Shown here: piece after piece, positions 1 to 9,400 of the stretch | How positions within the stretch are numbered: the first letter of the stretch is position 1 | Layout: each line of letters begins with the position of its first letter | Source of the DNA: Patescibacteria group bacterium | GTDB lineage: Bacteria > Patescibacteriota > Patescibacteriia > UBA1558 > S5-K13 | Direction: 5' to 3' | DNA: 35,541 nucleotides | Assembly (NCBI GenBank): GCA_028703545.1 | Contig: JAQVMR010000001.1 | Location: 1-35,541 of the forward strand | Program-made: the position numbers and the translations under genes | The notes under the pieces: generated by a model | Databases searched by the model: none | What the model was told of the DNA's origin: nothing | Seen by the model: the letters and a program-made list of their open reading frames with translations, nothing else

Positions 1-1859
1 TAATTAAAAAAGATTTAGAACAATGGTTTTTTAAGGTAACTGCATATGCAGAAAGATTATTGAATGATTTAGAAAATTTGAATTGGCCAGGGGCACTTAA
101 GACAATGCAAAGAAATTGGATTGGAAAATCAGAAGGAGCTGAAATAGATTTTAAAATAAAAGATTGTGAAAAAAGTATAAAGGTTTTTACAACTCGTCCT
201 GATACTTTATATGGAGCAACTTATATGGTACTTGCTCCTGAACACGATTTAATAAATAAATTAAAAAATGATATAAAGAATTTTGATGAAATTTCAAAAT
301 ATATAATAGATACAAGAAAAAAATCAGAATTAGAAAGAACAGAATTAAATAAAGATAAAACAGGAGTAGAATTAATAGGGATAAAAGCAATAAACCCAGT
401 AAATAATAATGAAATCCCAGTTTTTATTTCTGACTATGTTTTATCAAATTATGGAACAGGAGCTATAATGTGTGTTCCCGCCCATGATCAAAGAGATTTT
501 GAATTTGCTAAAAAATTTAATTTAGAAATCATTCCAGTTGTTAGTCCATCTGATGGTTTTGATTTTACTAATACGGAATGTGCCATGGAAGCAGAAGGTA
601 AAATGATTAATAGTGAAGAATTTAATGGATTAAATTGTTCTGAAGCAAAAGAAAAAATTATTCTTCGTGCTAATGGAAAAGCAACAATTCAATATAAGAT
701 TCGGGATTGGCTTGTATCTCGTCAGCGTTATTGGGGAGCACCAATTCCTATAATATATTGTGATACTTGTGGAACGGTTCCAGTTTCCGAATCTGATCTA
801 CCAGTGTTATTACCAGATGATATAGAAGATTTCCGTCCAACAGGAAAATCACCACTTGAATCTTCAGAGAGTTTTAAAAAAGTAAAATGCCCCATTTGCG
901 GAAAAGAAGCTAGAAGAGAATATGATACTATGGATGGTTTTGTAGATAATTCTTGGTATTATTACAGATATTTGGATTCAAAAAATGAACAAGAATTTTG
1001 TTCAAAAGAAAATATGCAAAAGTTTATGCCAGTTGATTGTTATGTTGGTGGAGCAGAGCACGCTGTTGGACATTTAATATATGCAAGATTTTTTACAAAG
1101 GTTTTAAAGGATAATGGATATATTGACTTTGATGAACCGTTTTTGAAATTAATAAATCAGGGATTAATACTTGGTAGTGATGGACAAAAAATGAGCAAGT
1201 CTCGTGGAAATGTCGTAAATCCAGATGAAATGATTGAAGAGTTTGGAGCAGATAGTTTTAGAATGTATGAAATGTTTATGGGTCCACTTGAAGATTATAA
1301 AGCATGGAATACTGACGGAATGAGAGGACAACGAAGATTTTTAGATAAAAATTTTCAGTATTTTTCTTCATTTAAATATGGACAAAATAAAGATGAAAAA
1401 TTATTAAATTTATTACATAAAACAATTAGCAAGATTAAAGACGATATTGAAAATTTTAGATTTAATACGGCCATAAGTGCATTTATGATATATTTTCGAG
1501 AACTTTCTAAATTTAATGAACTTGATAGAGAATATATAGATCCATATTTGATAATGTTATCATGTTTTGCTCCACATATTTGTGAAGAAATTTGGGAGAA
1601 ATTAGGGAATAAAAATTTTATATGTTTGGAAAATTGGCCTTCATATAATGAAAAATTAGCAAAAGATGATACAATAAAATTACCAGTTCAAGTAAATGGT
1701 AAACTGAGAGACACCATTGAGGTTCATTTAGAAATAACTGAACCCGAATTAAAGAGTCTAGTTTTATCAAAAGATAAAATTAAAAAGTATATTGAGGGTC
1801 ATGAAATTGTGAAATTTATTTATGTAAATAAAAAAATTGTCAATATAGTTATAAAATAA
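1..1859 (+). CDS. leuS: Leucyl-tRNA synthetase, 3' portion (5' end lies outside the window)
   Basis: The reading frame starting at position 3 is open from the window edge. IKKDLEQWFFKVTAYAERLL precedes the TTG at 60 that the ORF track uses as a start. The class-I aaRS KMSKS signature is present (GQKMSKSRGN). There are Zn-knuckle-like CDTCG...CPICG pairs and a LeuRS-type C-terminal tail. Stop is TAA at 1857-1859. Confidence 0.93.
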   Translation, partial: IKKDLEQWFFKVTAYAERLLNDLENLNWPGALKTMQRNWIGKSEGAEIDFKIKDCEKSIKVFTTRPDTLYGATYMVLAPEHDLINKLKNDIKNFDEISKYIIDTRKKSELERTELNKDKTGVELIGIKAINPVNNNEIPVFISDYVLSNYGTGAIMCVPAHDQRDFEFAKKFNLEIIPVVSPSDGFDFTNTECAMEAEGKMINSEEFNGLNCSEAKEKIILRANGKATIQYKIRDWLVSRQRYWGAPIPIIYCDTCGTVPVSESDLPVLLPDDIEDFRPTGKSPLESSESFKKVKCPICGKEARREYDTMDGFVDNSWYYYRYLDSKNEQEFCSKENMQKFMPVDCYVGGAEHAVGHLIYARFFTKVLKDNGYIDFDEPFLKLINQGLILGSDGQKMSKSRGNVVNPDEMIEEFGADSFRMYEMFMGPLEDYKAWNTDGMRGQRRFLDKNFQYFSSFKYGQNKDEKLLNLLHKTISKIKDDIENFRFNTAISAFMIYFRELSKFNELDREYIDPYLIMLSCFAPHICEEIWEKLGNKNFICLENWPSYNEKLAKDDTIKLPVQVNGKLRDTIEVHLEITEPELKSLVLSKDKIKKYIEGHEIVKFIYVNKKIVNIVIK

Positions 1860-1867
1860 AAATAAAC

Positions 1868-3076
1868 ATGAATAAAAAAATAAAACTTTTTTTAAGGAAT
1901 TTTCTTCCCTATAGAATGAGTCGTCAAACAAAAGAACTTTTTGTTTCAAATATAATTATAAATTTAGCTCTTGCAATGGTTCAATTATATGAACCAATTT
2001 ATCTTTTTAAACTGGGTTATCAAATTTATGAAATAATAATATTTTATTTACTTGTTTATGTTTTATATTTTTTTGCTCTTCCTTTGGGGGCAAAATTTGC
2101 AAATAAATATGGATATGAAAACGGGATGTTTTTAGGAAGTGTTTTGTATATACCATTTTATTTATCTTTATTTTTAATTACAAAATTTAGCTTCATGTTT
2201 TTCCTTGCAATAGTTTTTTACGTTCTTCAAAAAATGTTTTATTGGCCCGCCTATCATGGAAATTTTTCACACAATTCGGTCGGCAAGGAAGAGGGTAGAG
2301 AAATTAGTTCTGCTTCTATTTCTTCTTCCCTGATGTTTATATTTGGTCCTATTATTGGAGGAGTTTTGATTCAATATTTTGGATTTGCTGTATTGTTTAT
2401 AATTGCTTCAATATTATTTTTAGTATCAAACATTCCGATGCTTCTTACAAGAGAGACCTTTACAAAAAGAGATTTTAGATATTCTTTTATATTTAAAGAT
2501 ATATTTAAAAAATCAAATCTAAAGGCTCTTTTTTCTACGATAGGATATGCTGAAGAGCTCGTGCTTTTTGTTGTTTGGCCTATTTTTATGATTTTTATAA
2601 TTGATAGTTATGAAAAGATAGGTTTTTTGTCTGGCACATCTTCTTTTATAATGCTTTTATCAACTTTGTATATAGGAAGATTGTGTGATAAAAGAGATAA
2701 AAAAGTTATTCTAAGATTGAGTTCATTTTTTTATGTATTTACTTGGGTTGCAAAAATTTTTGTCCGCTCCATATTTCCAATTTTTGTTTTTGATACTTTT
2801 TCTAAAACAGCAAAATCGGGAATTGATGTTTCCATGAGGTCAATTGTTTATGAAGATGCAAGAACAGATTATAGAGAACAAAAAGATGAAAACGATAACA
2901 GTATAATGGAAAGATGCATTAATTACGAGTCAGGATTGGTGCTTGGTAAAATTTTTGCTTGTTTTGCTGTACTTGGTTTGTCCCTTGTTTTTTTATTGCC
3001 AAGTCAATTGAATCAATTTTTTATGTATAGCTTTATTTTTTCCGCTATAATGTCTTTTTTTTATGCATTGTTGTAG
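1868..3076 (+). CDS. Polytopic membrane transporter, MFS-like
   Basis: 402-aa ORF with about 10-12 hydrophobic spans in two halves separated by a charged loop (TRETFTKRDFRYS). The loop after TM2 (LGAKFANKYGYENG) sits where the MFS signature normally lies. No substrate can be inferred. Confidence 0.5.
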   Translation: MNKKIKLFLRNFLPYRMSRQTKELFVSNIIINLALAMVQLYEPIYLFKLGYQIYEIIIFYLLVYVLYFFALPLGAKFANKYGYENGMFLGSVLYIPFYLSLFLITKFSFMFFLAIVFYVLQKMFYWPAYHGNFSHNSVGKEEGREISSASISSSLMFIFGPIIGGVLIQYFGFAVLFIIASILFLVSNIPMLLTRETFTKRDFRYSFIFKDIFKKSNLKALFSTIGYAEELVLFVVWPIFMIFIIDSYEKIGFLSGTSSFIMLLSTLYIGRLCDKRDKKVILRLSSFFYVFTWVAKIFVRSIFPIFVFDTFSKTAKSGIDVSMRSIVYEDARTDYREQKDENDNSIMERCINYESGLVLGKIFACFAVLGLSLVFLLPSQLNQFFMYSFIFSAIMSFFYALL

Positions 3077-3085
3077 ATTTAAAAT

Positions 3086-3919
3086 ATGAATTTATTAGAG
3101 CAAACAAAATTTATTTTAAAAAACTATAGTTTGTCTATAAATAAATTACGCGGACAGAATTTTTTAATTTCAGATAAAATTTTAAAAGATATAATAGACA
3201 TTTCTGATTTAAAAAAAACTGATAATGTTTTAGAAGTTGGACCAGGGTTGGGAACACTTACAAATGCAATTTTAGAAAAAAATGTAAATTTAATTTCAGT
3301 TGAGCTTGATGAAAATTTTATTCCAATTTTAGAAAAAATAAAATCAGTTTCAGAAAATTTTAATTTTATTAAATTTGATATACTAAAATTAAATTTGAAA
3401 AAAGAATTAAATTTAGATTTTTTAAAAAAATACAAGATTATTTCAAATATTCCCTATAATATTACATCTAGATTTCTTAGAATTTTTTTGGAATCAGATT
3501 TTGCACCACAGAAGATGATTTTAATGATTCAAAAAGAAGTAGCACAAAGAATTGTAAATTATGATAAAAAATGGTCTAAACTTTCTGTCATGTGTAATTT
3601 TTATAGCGAACCAAAAATAGAATTTTATGTTTCAAGAAATGATTTTTATCCTAGTCCGGAAGTTGACTCAGCGATAATAAGTTTTTCAAATATTTCTAAA
3701 GACAGATATGGGGTGGATAGAAAAAAGTTTTTTCAGATTGTAAATATAGGATTTTCTTCAAAAAGAAGAACGTTATTGAATAATTTAAAATCAGGATTAA
3801 ATTTGGATAAAAAGAACATTGAAAGCGCTATTTTAAATTGCGAGCTAGATTTAAATATAAGAGCAGAAAAATTAAATTTGGATAATTGGATTAAATTATG
3901 TTCAATTTTGATAAAATAA
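3086..3919 (+). CDS. rsmA: 16S rRNA (adenine1518/1519-N6)-dimethyltransferase
   Basis: KsgA/RsmA N-terminal signature GQNFLISDKIL, then the SAM-binding motif VLEVGPGLGTLT, then the NIPYNITS motif. Length of 277 aa is typical. Confidence 0.9.
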   Translation: MNLLEQTKFILKNYSLSINKLRGQNFLISDKILKDIIDISDLKKTDNVLEVGPGLGTLTNAILEKNVNLISVELDENFIPILEKIKSVSENFNFIKFDILKLNLKKELNLDFLKKYKIISNIPYNITSRFLRIFLESDFAPQKMILMIQKEVAQRIVNYDKKWSKLSVMCNFYSEPKIEFYVSRNDFYPSPEVDSAIISFSNISKDRYGVDRKKFFQIVNIGFSSKRRTLLNNLKSGLNLDKKNIESAILNCELDLNIRAEKLNLDNWIKLCSILIK

Positions 3920-5505
3920 AAAAAATTTTTACTTTTAGAAATATACTTCTTGTAAGTTTTTATGTTTTTATTTTTTTTATTTTTTTATACAACTCTTATT
4001 CTTATCTTGATCCAGATTTTGGCTGGCATTTAAAATTTGGACAAGAAACTTTACTTACAAAACAAGTTCCTCACATAGAGCATTATAATTTTACACTTTT
4101 TGGCAAATCATGGGTTGATCACGAATGGTTATTAAATGTAATTGTTTATGTTATTTATTCCAAAATGGGTTATTTATATGTCAATCTGTTTTTTGCATTT
4201 ATGGCCGTTTTAACATTTATAATAATAAATATTTTGTTATTAAAAAAATATAAAACAAAAATATTTGATCTGATAATTTTATTGCTATTAGAGCTATTAG
4301 CTGTTTTTGGAATTTTACCTCATTTTGGTGTAAGAGTTCAGGAAATTAATTTTTTATTTTTGGCTATACTTATTTTAATTATTTTTCATTTTGAAAAAAA
4401 TAAAAATTATAAAATTCTTTTATTTATAGCACCCTTATTATTTTTTTGGTCATTTCTACACGGAGGATTTCTTATAGGATTTGCTTTGCTTTTTATTTTT
4501 TTCTCTGTAAAAATTTTAGAATTGATTTTTCAAAAATTTAAAAAAATTAACTTTATTGAATACAATATTTTAAGTATAAAAGATTTAATAATTTTTACCT
4601 GCGTGTCTTTATTTAGCTTTTTTCTTACATTTTTGGGTCCATATAAATTCGAGCTTTATAGTTTTTTATATCAATACAAAGACACTTTTTACTTAACTCA
4701 TATCGCAGAATGGGTTCCAGTATTTTATATACCGATAAGTATTTCTAAATTTTTTTATTTAGTTATTTTAGTATCAATTATTTTGTTAGCTTTTTTTTAT
4801 ATAAAATTTAAAAAAATAAAACTTTTTGAATTTTTTATTACTATTTTTTTTGTTATTTTATCTATAAAGTCAAAAAGACACTTCCCTTTATTATTTATTA
4901 GTTCTATTTTTTTCGCATTTGATTACTTAATATTTCTTTTTTATGATTTTTCTAATTTTTTAAATAAAATTTATCGCGAAATTTATTTTATATATAAAAT
5001 ATTTATAATAGTTTTTTTACTAAGTATTTCCCTATTTTTATTTTTAAACATAGGATTTATAGAAGATCCCTTTTTAAATTTTAAAAATGAGTATCCAGTT
5101 GACTTGTTGGATTGTATAAAAAATCAAAAACAAAATCATCAAAGAGTCTTTATGGAGTATGGTTGGGGTGGCTATACTATTTGGACGGCACCAGAGATTA
5201 AAACATTTCTTGATGGAAGATTGCCACAATATCCATTTAAAAATAACAAATCAATACTTCAAGAATATAATCATTTTTTTGATGATAAAGAATCAGAAAG
5301 ATTGTTGGATGAATATAATATAAAAATGCTTGTTTTAAAAAAAGAAAACGAGAAAAATAAATTAAATTGGCTTGAAAGATTTTTCGGTTTCAACGAAAAG
5401 ACATATAAACCATCAAAGAATGCATTAAAAGAATATTTAAATTCCTCAAATAAGTGGATGATTCTATGTAAAGAAAAAATAGGAATAGTGTTTATTAGAA
5501 AATGA
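3898..5505 (+). CDS. Polytopic membrane protein, possibly a GT-C-fold glycosyltransferase
   Basis: 535 aa with more than 10 hydrophobic spans, followed by a ~130-aa soluble C-terminal domain. There is an acidic motif in the first extracytoplasmic loop (YLDPDFGWHLKFG...VDHEWL), as seen in GT-C enzymes. It overlaps the rsmA 3' end by 22 nt. The family call is from memory only. Confidence 0.4.
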   Translation: MFNFDKIKKIFTFRNILLVSFYVFIFFIFLYNSYSYLDPDFGWHLKFGQETLLTKQVPHIEHYNFTLFGKSWVDHEWLLNVIVYVIYSKMGYLYVNLFFAFMAVLTFIIINILLLKKYKTKIFDLIILLLLELLAVFGILPHFGVRVQEINFLFLAILILIIFHFEKNKNYKILLFIAPLLFFWSFLHGGFLIGFALLFIFFSVKILELIFQKFKKINFIEYNILSIKDLIIFTCVSLFSFFLTFLGPYKFELYSFLYQYKDTFYLTHIAEWVPVFYIPISISKFFYLVILVSIILLAFFYIKFKKIKLFEFFITIFFVILSIKSKRHFPLLFISSIFFAFDYLIFLFYDFSNFLNKIYREIYFIYKIFIIVFLLSISLFLFLNIGFIEDPFLNFKNEYPVDLLDCIKNQKQNHQRVFMEYGWGGYTIWTAPEIKTFLDGRLPQYPFKNNKSILQEYNHFFDDKESERLLDEYNIKMLVLKKENEKNKLNWLERFFGFNEKTYKPSKNALKEYLNSSNKWMILCKEKIGIVFIRK

Positions 5506-5585
5506 ATATTATATATTTAATTTTTGATTTTTGTTAAATATTTGATAATTTTTGATACCAACATTAGTTTTTTAGGGTTTTTAAG

Positions 5586-5614
5586 TTTACTTTAATTTGA
5601 AAAATTAGTATAAT
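5586..5614 (+). promoter_or_regulatory. Candidate sigma70-type promoter for the cassette (TTTACT, 17-nt spacer, TATAAT)
   Basis: Perfect TATAAT at 5609-5614, with TTTACT at 5586-5591 exactly 17 nt upstream. It lies 30 nt before the ATG at 5645, in the only sizeable intergenic gap (139 nt) upstream of the cassette. Such matches are frequent in A+T-rich DNA. Confidence 0.35.
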
Positions 5615-5644
5615 ATTGATATACAAACAAACCCTATTTCCATT

Positions 5645-6433
5645 ATGACTTCAAATAATGAAAAAGATTTTTCTTTGGGAAATTCTATTAATAAAAATAA
5701 ATTTTTTAATAGAGTTTTTAATTATTTTTCAAGAGAAGATGTTATAGTAAAATCCATATTTATAGTTGGGATTTTTTCTATTTTTTTTGGAATACTGGGA
5801 ATGTATATAAACATTAAAAATTCTTTGATAACACCTGAAGTTGCTATAGAAAACACAGCGGTTATAGTAGAAGGTTTAAATAGAATAAAAGATACTGATT
5901 TGGATGGATTACCAGACTATGAAGAATTAAATACATATAACACTAGTCCATATTTAGAAGACACAGATTTAGATGGAGTGTCTGACTATGATGAGATGAT
6001 TTTGGGAAGAGACGGAGAATGCAGTGGGGATAATTGTAAAATAATTACAGCACCGGAAGAAGAATTAGACGTCATGAGTTTATTAGGTGGATTAGATTTT
6101 CAGGATGTGGATTTTCAAACATTTAAGCAAACATTAATTGAATCAGGCTATGATGAAGCAACTTTTGATTCTCTAACAGAAGAAGATTTTAATCAAATGA
6201 AACAAATGCTTCCCTCGGAAGAATCAGGCGATGTAAATTTTTCAAATCAAACAGAATTAACAAAAGAGGAGCTTCAACAAATTGAACAAATGAGAAATAT
6301 ATCAATCCAGGATATTAAGAGTCTAATGATACAAGGCGGGGCAACAGAAGAAAAATTATCAGAATTTTCAGACGATGATTTAAAACAAATATATTTACAA
6401 ACACTTGATGAATTATCAAGTTCACAATATTAA
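5645..6433 (+). CDS. Single-pass membrane protein with two TSP3-type Ca-binding repeats and an acidic C-terminal region
   Basis: One N-terminal TM helix (SIFIVGIFSIFFGILGMYINI). Two D-x-D-x-D-G-x-x-D-x-x-E units (DTDLDGLPDYEE, DTDLDGVSDYDE). The remainder is rich in D/E/Q. Its TAA stop lies 4 nt before the giant gene's ATG. Confidence 0.7.
   Translation: MTSNNEKDFSLGNSINKNKFFNRVFNYFSREDVIVKSIFIVGIFSIFFGILGMYINIKNSLITPEVAIENTAVIVEGLNRIKDTDLDGLPDYEELNTYNTSPYLEDTDLDGVSDYDEMILGRDGECSGDNCKIITAPEEELDVMSLLGGLDFQDVDFQTFKQTLIESGYDEATFDSLTEEDFNQMKQMLPSEESGDVNFSNQTELTKEELQQIEQMRNISIQDIKSLMIQGGATEEKLSEFSDDDLKQIYLQTLDELSSSQY
5891..5995 (+). repeat. Two TSP3-type calcium-binding repeats (protein level)
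   Basis: DTDLDGLPDYEE and DTDLDGVSDYDE lie 23 residues apart. Both fit D-x-D-x-D-G-x-x-D-x-x-E. Confidence 0.75.
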
Positions 6434-6437
6434 AAAA

Positions 6438-9400
6438 ATGATAAATAAGAAATCAAAATTTATTTTAATTATTGTAACAACAATATTTGTTTTTAATACT
6501 ATCCTTGTTGTTCCAAGGAAAGTAGAAGCTCAAACCACAGACTACGCCCATATAGCAGTTACGCTTGGTAAGTGGGCATGGGAAAAGGTGGAGCGTGTGG
6601 CGACAAAGTTTTATGATTCATTGGTGACAGTAACATTTAAAAGGGTTATAGGGAATTTTTTAAATAATTTAGCATATGAGGCGGCCACCAGTTTAGCTTA
6701 TGGTGCCCCAGGAGAAAAAAAGAAGTTTTTTACAAAGGGTTTTGATGAATTTCTTGAAAATGAAGCTGATGCAGCCGTGGGAGAAGTTTTAATAGCATTC
6801 GGTGAAAGTTTGGAAATAAAGGGTTTTGATATTTGTAATCCAACGGATCCAAATTTTGCGATTGATTTAGTAACAGATCAGTTTAAAATTAGATCAGGCC
6901 AAAAAATTCAAGCAAGATGTAAATTAAGTGAAATGTCAAAGAAATGGGGAGAAATAGCGCAGAAATATATCGATAATCCTTTAGCATTATTTTCTTTAAA
7001 CGGGCAATCTCTTGCCGAATTGGGTTTTACAGAGGGTGGTAATAAAAACGAACAAATGGCAAAAGTTTTAGAAAATCTTTTAGATCCAAAACAGTCAGAT
7101 GCTGCCGTTGAAATATCGATCCGTGATCAAATACAACAAACAGAAAAAGCCTCTAATGAAAAATCAAAAGATACTATAGCGACCGCGAGAGAAACTGGGG
7201 GAGTATTGCCCAGTACAGACGCACCAACTGAAAGAAAACTCGAACCATCAAAGCAGGCAGAAGAAGACCTGAAAACAAATATCGGCGCTGATAAAAAACA
7301 AAGTCCATTACTAACCTATACAGGAAATCTAGTGGCTGATACAGCAGGAGTATTTATGGATACATATATGGCCGCCTCACTTAAGAATTTAATAATGGAG
7401 TTGTATAGAAAAGCACTAAATGAAAACGAGAGTTATAGCCCGGAACTTAATCAACTTATTGCTAAAAAACCATTTTCTTTCAAGGATTACATAGATCAAG
7501 TTTATTCTTCTGTAAAAAAAATATCTTTTAATATGAACGCAACAGATATTGAGTTAATAAGTGAAATGCAAATGACAATGAGAGATCCTAATTTAGGAAT
7601 TCCGGGTAATCTAAATGATTCTGTTATTGATTCTGATTTTGCAGAAGTTTTAAGAAGGGCTCAACTTCAAGATCCTATGACACTGAGGCAAGCCATAGAA
7701 GAGAATTTAATAAATGGAAATAAAATATTTGGATTTAAAGATTTAAATAATACTCAAATTCTTCAACAGCCAGATTTAAGTGAGGGAATTTCATATGATA
7801 ATATGAAAAAATTGAGAAAAAATAGAGTAATCCCAGTTGGTTGGGAATTGGCGGCTCTTAAGATAGCTCAATTAGCAAAAAATGGAACACTAATATGTCA
7901 ACCCGGTGGATGCACATTAAATGATGTAATGAGTCAGTATAATCAATATGGTAATTATAAATACGGAGAAGTGGTTAATGATGAAGTGCAGTGGAAAACA
8001 GCCCCGGATAACTTATGTGGTTGGAGATCTTATCCTCAACTTAATCTTACACAGGCACAATGCAACAAAGATTATTTAAGAGGAGCCCCACATTATTTAG
8101 ATGATATAGAAGTAAAATGGGTTGGAGATAGTGTTAGTAATGAAAGAACGGGTATCTGTTATAAGTATAGTTTTGATAACAACGGATTTCTATCTGAAAT
8201 AACAGAGGAATCTTCAATAGTAAGTGAAGATGATTGTGATATAGTAAATTCTAACTGGTATTATGAATGGATGGATGGTGGATGTCTTATAATAGAAAGT
8301 GGAGAAGCTCCACTTTGTGGACTTATTAATCCAGACTGGGTATTAAAAGCACCAGTACAAAAATGTTTTGCAAAAGGATATTACAGCGCACTTGAAATGA
8401 ATGAAAGTTCAAATAGGTATCAGGATTGTGCTGACACAAGACAGTGTCTTAAGGAAGATGATGGTGGAAGATGTATAGGGGGATATGGATATTGCTTGAA
8501 GGAGAAGAATATTTGGAAATTTAAAGGAGATGTGTGTGACAAAAACTATAATGGATGTGTAAGCATAACCGATGATGAAAATAAACAGCAAGCATATTTA
8601 ATTAATACATTAAGAGATTGTCCCCAAGAACAATCTGGATGTAGAAAATATTTATCTACAAAGATAAAATCAGACACTTCTTATGTTTGGGATTTAAATA
8701 TAGAAAATTTTTTCTTTAATAGAAATATTACATCTTGTAATAAGTTAAAAGAAGGTTGTAATAATTTTATTAATATAGAAAGGGGGGTTAATTTAATTCC
8801 AAATTCTAGTTTTGAAATAGACGAAGGTAGGGAAGATTTAATTCCAGATGGATGGAGTGTTACTGGTTTTAAATTATCTTCGGCTTCAGCTCTTTTAGGA
8901 AGGTATTCTCTAACTCTAGATAATGGATTGTCAGATAATACAAATATAACCGATTCATTAACAGAAGATTTAGGAGACGATAGTGGGATATCTAATGCAG
9001 ATACTGGCAAAATAAGTGGAAATGAAAGAGATGGTCGTGGAATAAATACAGGAAAAGAAGATCTAAGAAGTAATGGTGAAACATCTAATTCAGATAATGG
9101 CACAGTAAATGGAAATGAAATAGGTGGTGGTGGAATAAATACAGGTGATTTGTCTATGAATATTAAAATACCAGGAATGGGTAATTATGTTTTAAGTTAT
9201 CATGTAAAAAATATTAGCGGAAATAGTGTTGTAGTTCCTTATATAAATGATATGTCACTTGATGATGCAAAATTTGAAGAATCTGAAGCTACGGATTGGA
9301 TTAGAAAATACGCTACATATACAGTATTAGATAATTCTACCGAGGAGCTTTCATTATCAATTAACGGAAGAGGAAGTTTTTATTTAGACGATATTCAATT

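Noticed and set aside
5597-5614. The pair TTGAAA (5597-5602) and TATAAT (5609-5614), considered as a promoter.
   Set aside because: The spacer is only 6 nt, which is incompatible with sigma70 geometry. The TTTACT hexamer 17 nt upstream of the same -10 box is the better, though still tentative, partner.
6715-6721. A7 homopolymer near the 5' end of the giant gene (GEKKKFF), and an A9 run (on the coding strand) at 22642-22650 in rpsR, considered as possible phase-variation tracts.
   Set aside because: Lys-codon A-runs of this length are commonplace in A+T-rich genomes. One of them sits in an essential ribosomal gene. There is no evidence of a slipped variant in this single sequence.
8681-9103. 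140-aa minus-strand ORF, plus the other track ORFs nested in the giant gene: 8409-8591, 10448-10837, 11344-11589, 11689-11877, 11971-12207, 12365-12562, 13465-13692, 14035-14412 and 15262-15468.
   Set aside because: All lie wholly inside the 9.2-kb ORF in other frames or on the other strand. They have low-complexity or odd composition and no recognisable motifs. A long open sense frame naturally depletes stops in some alternative frames.
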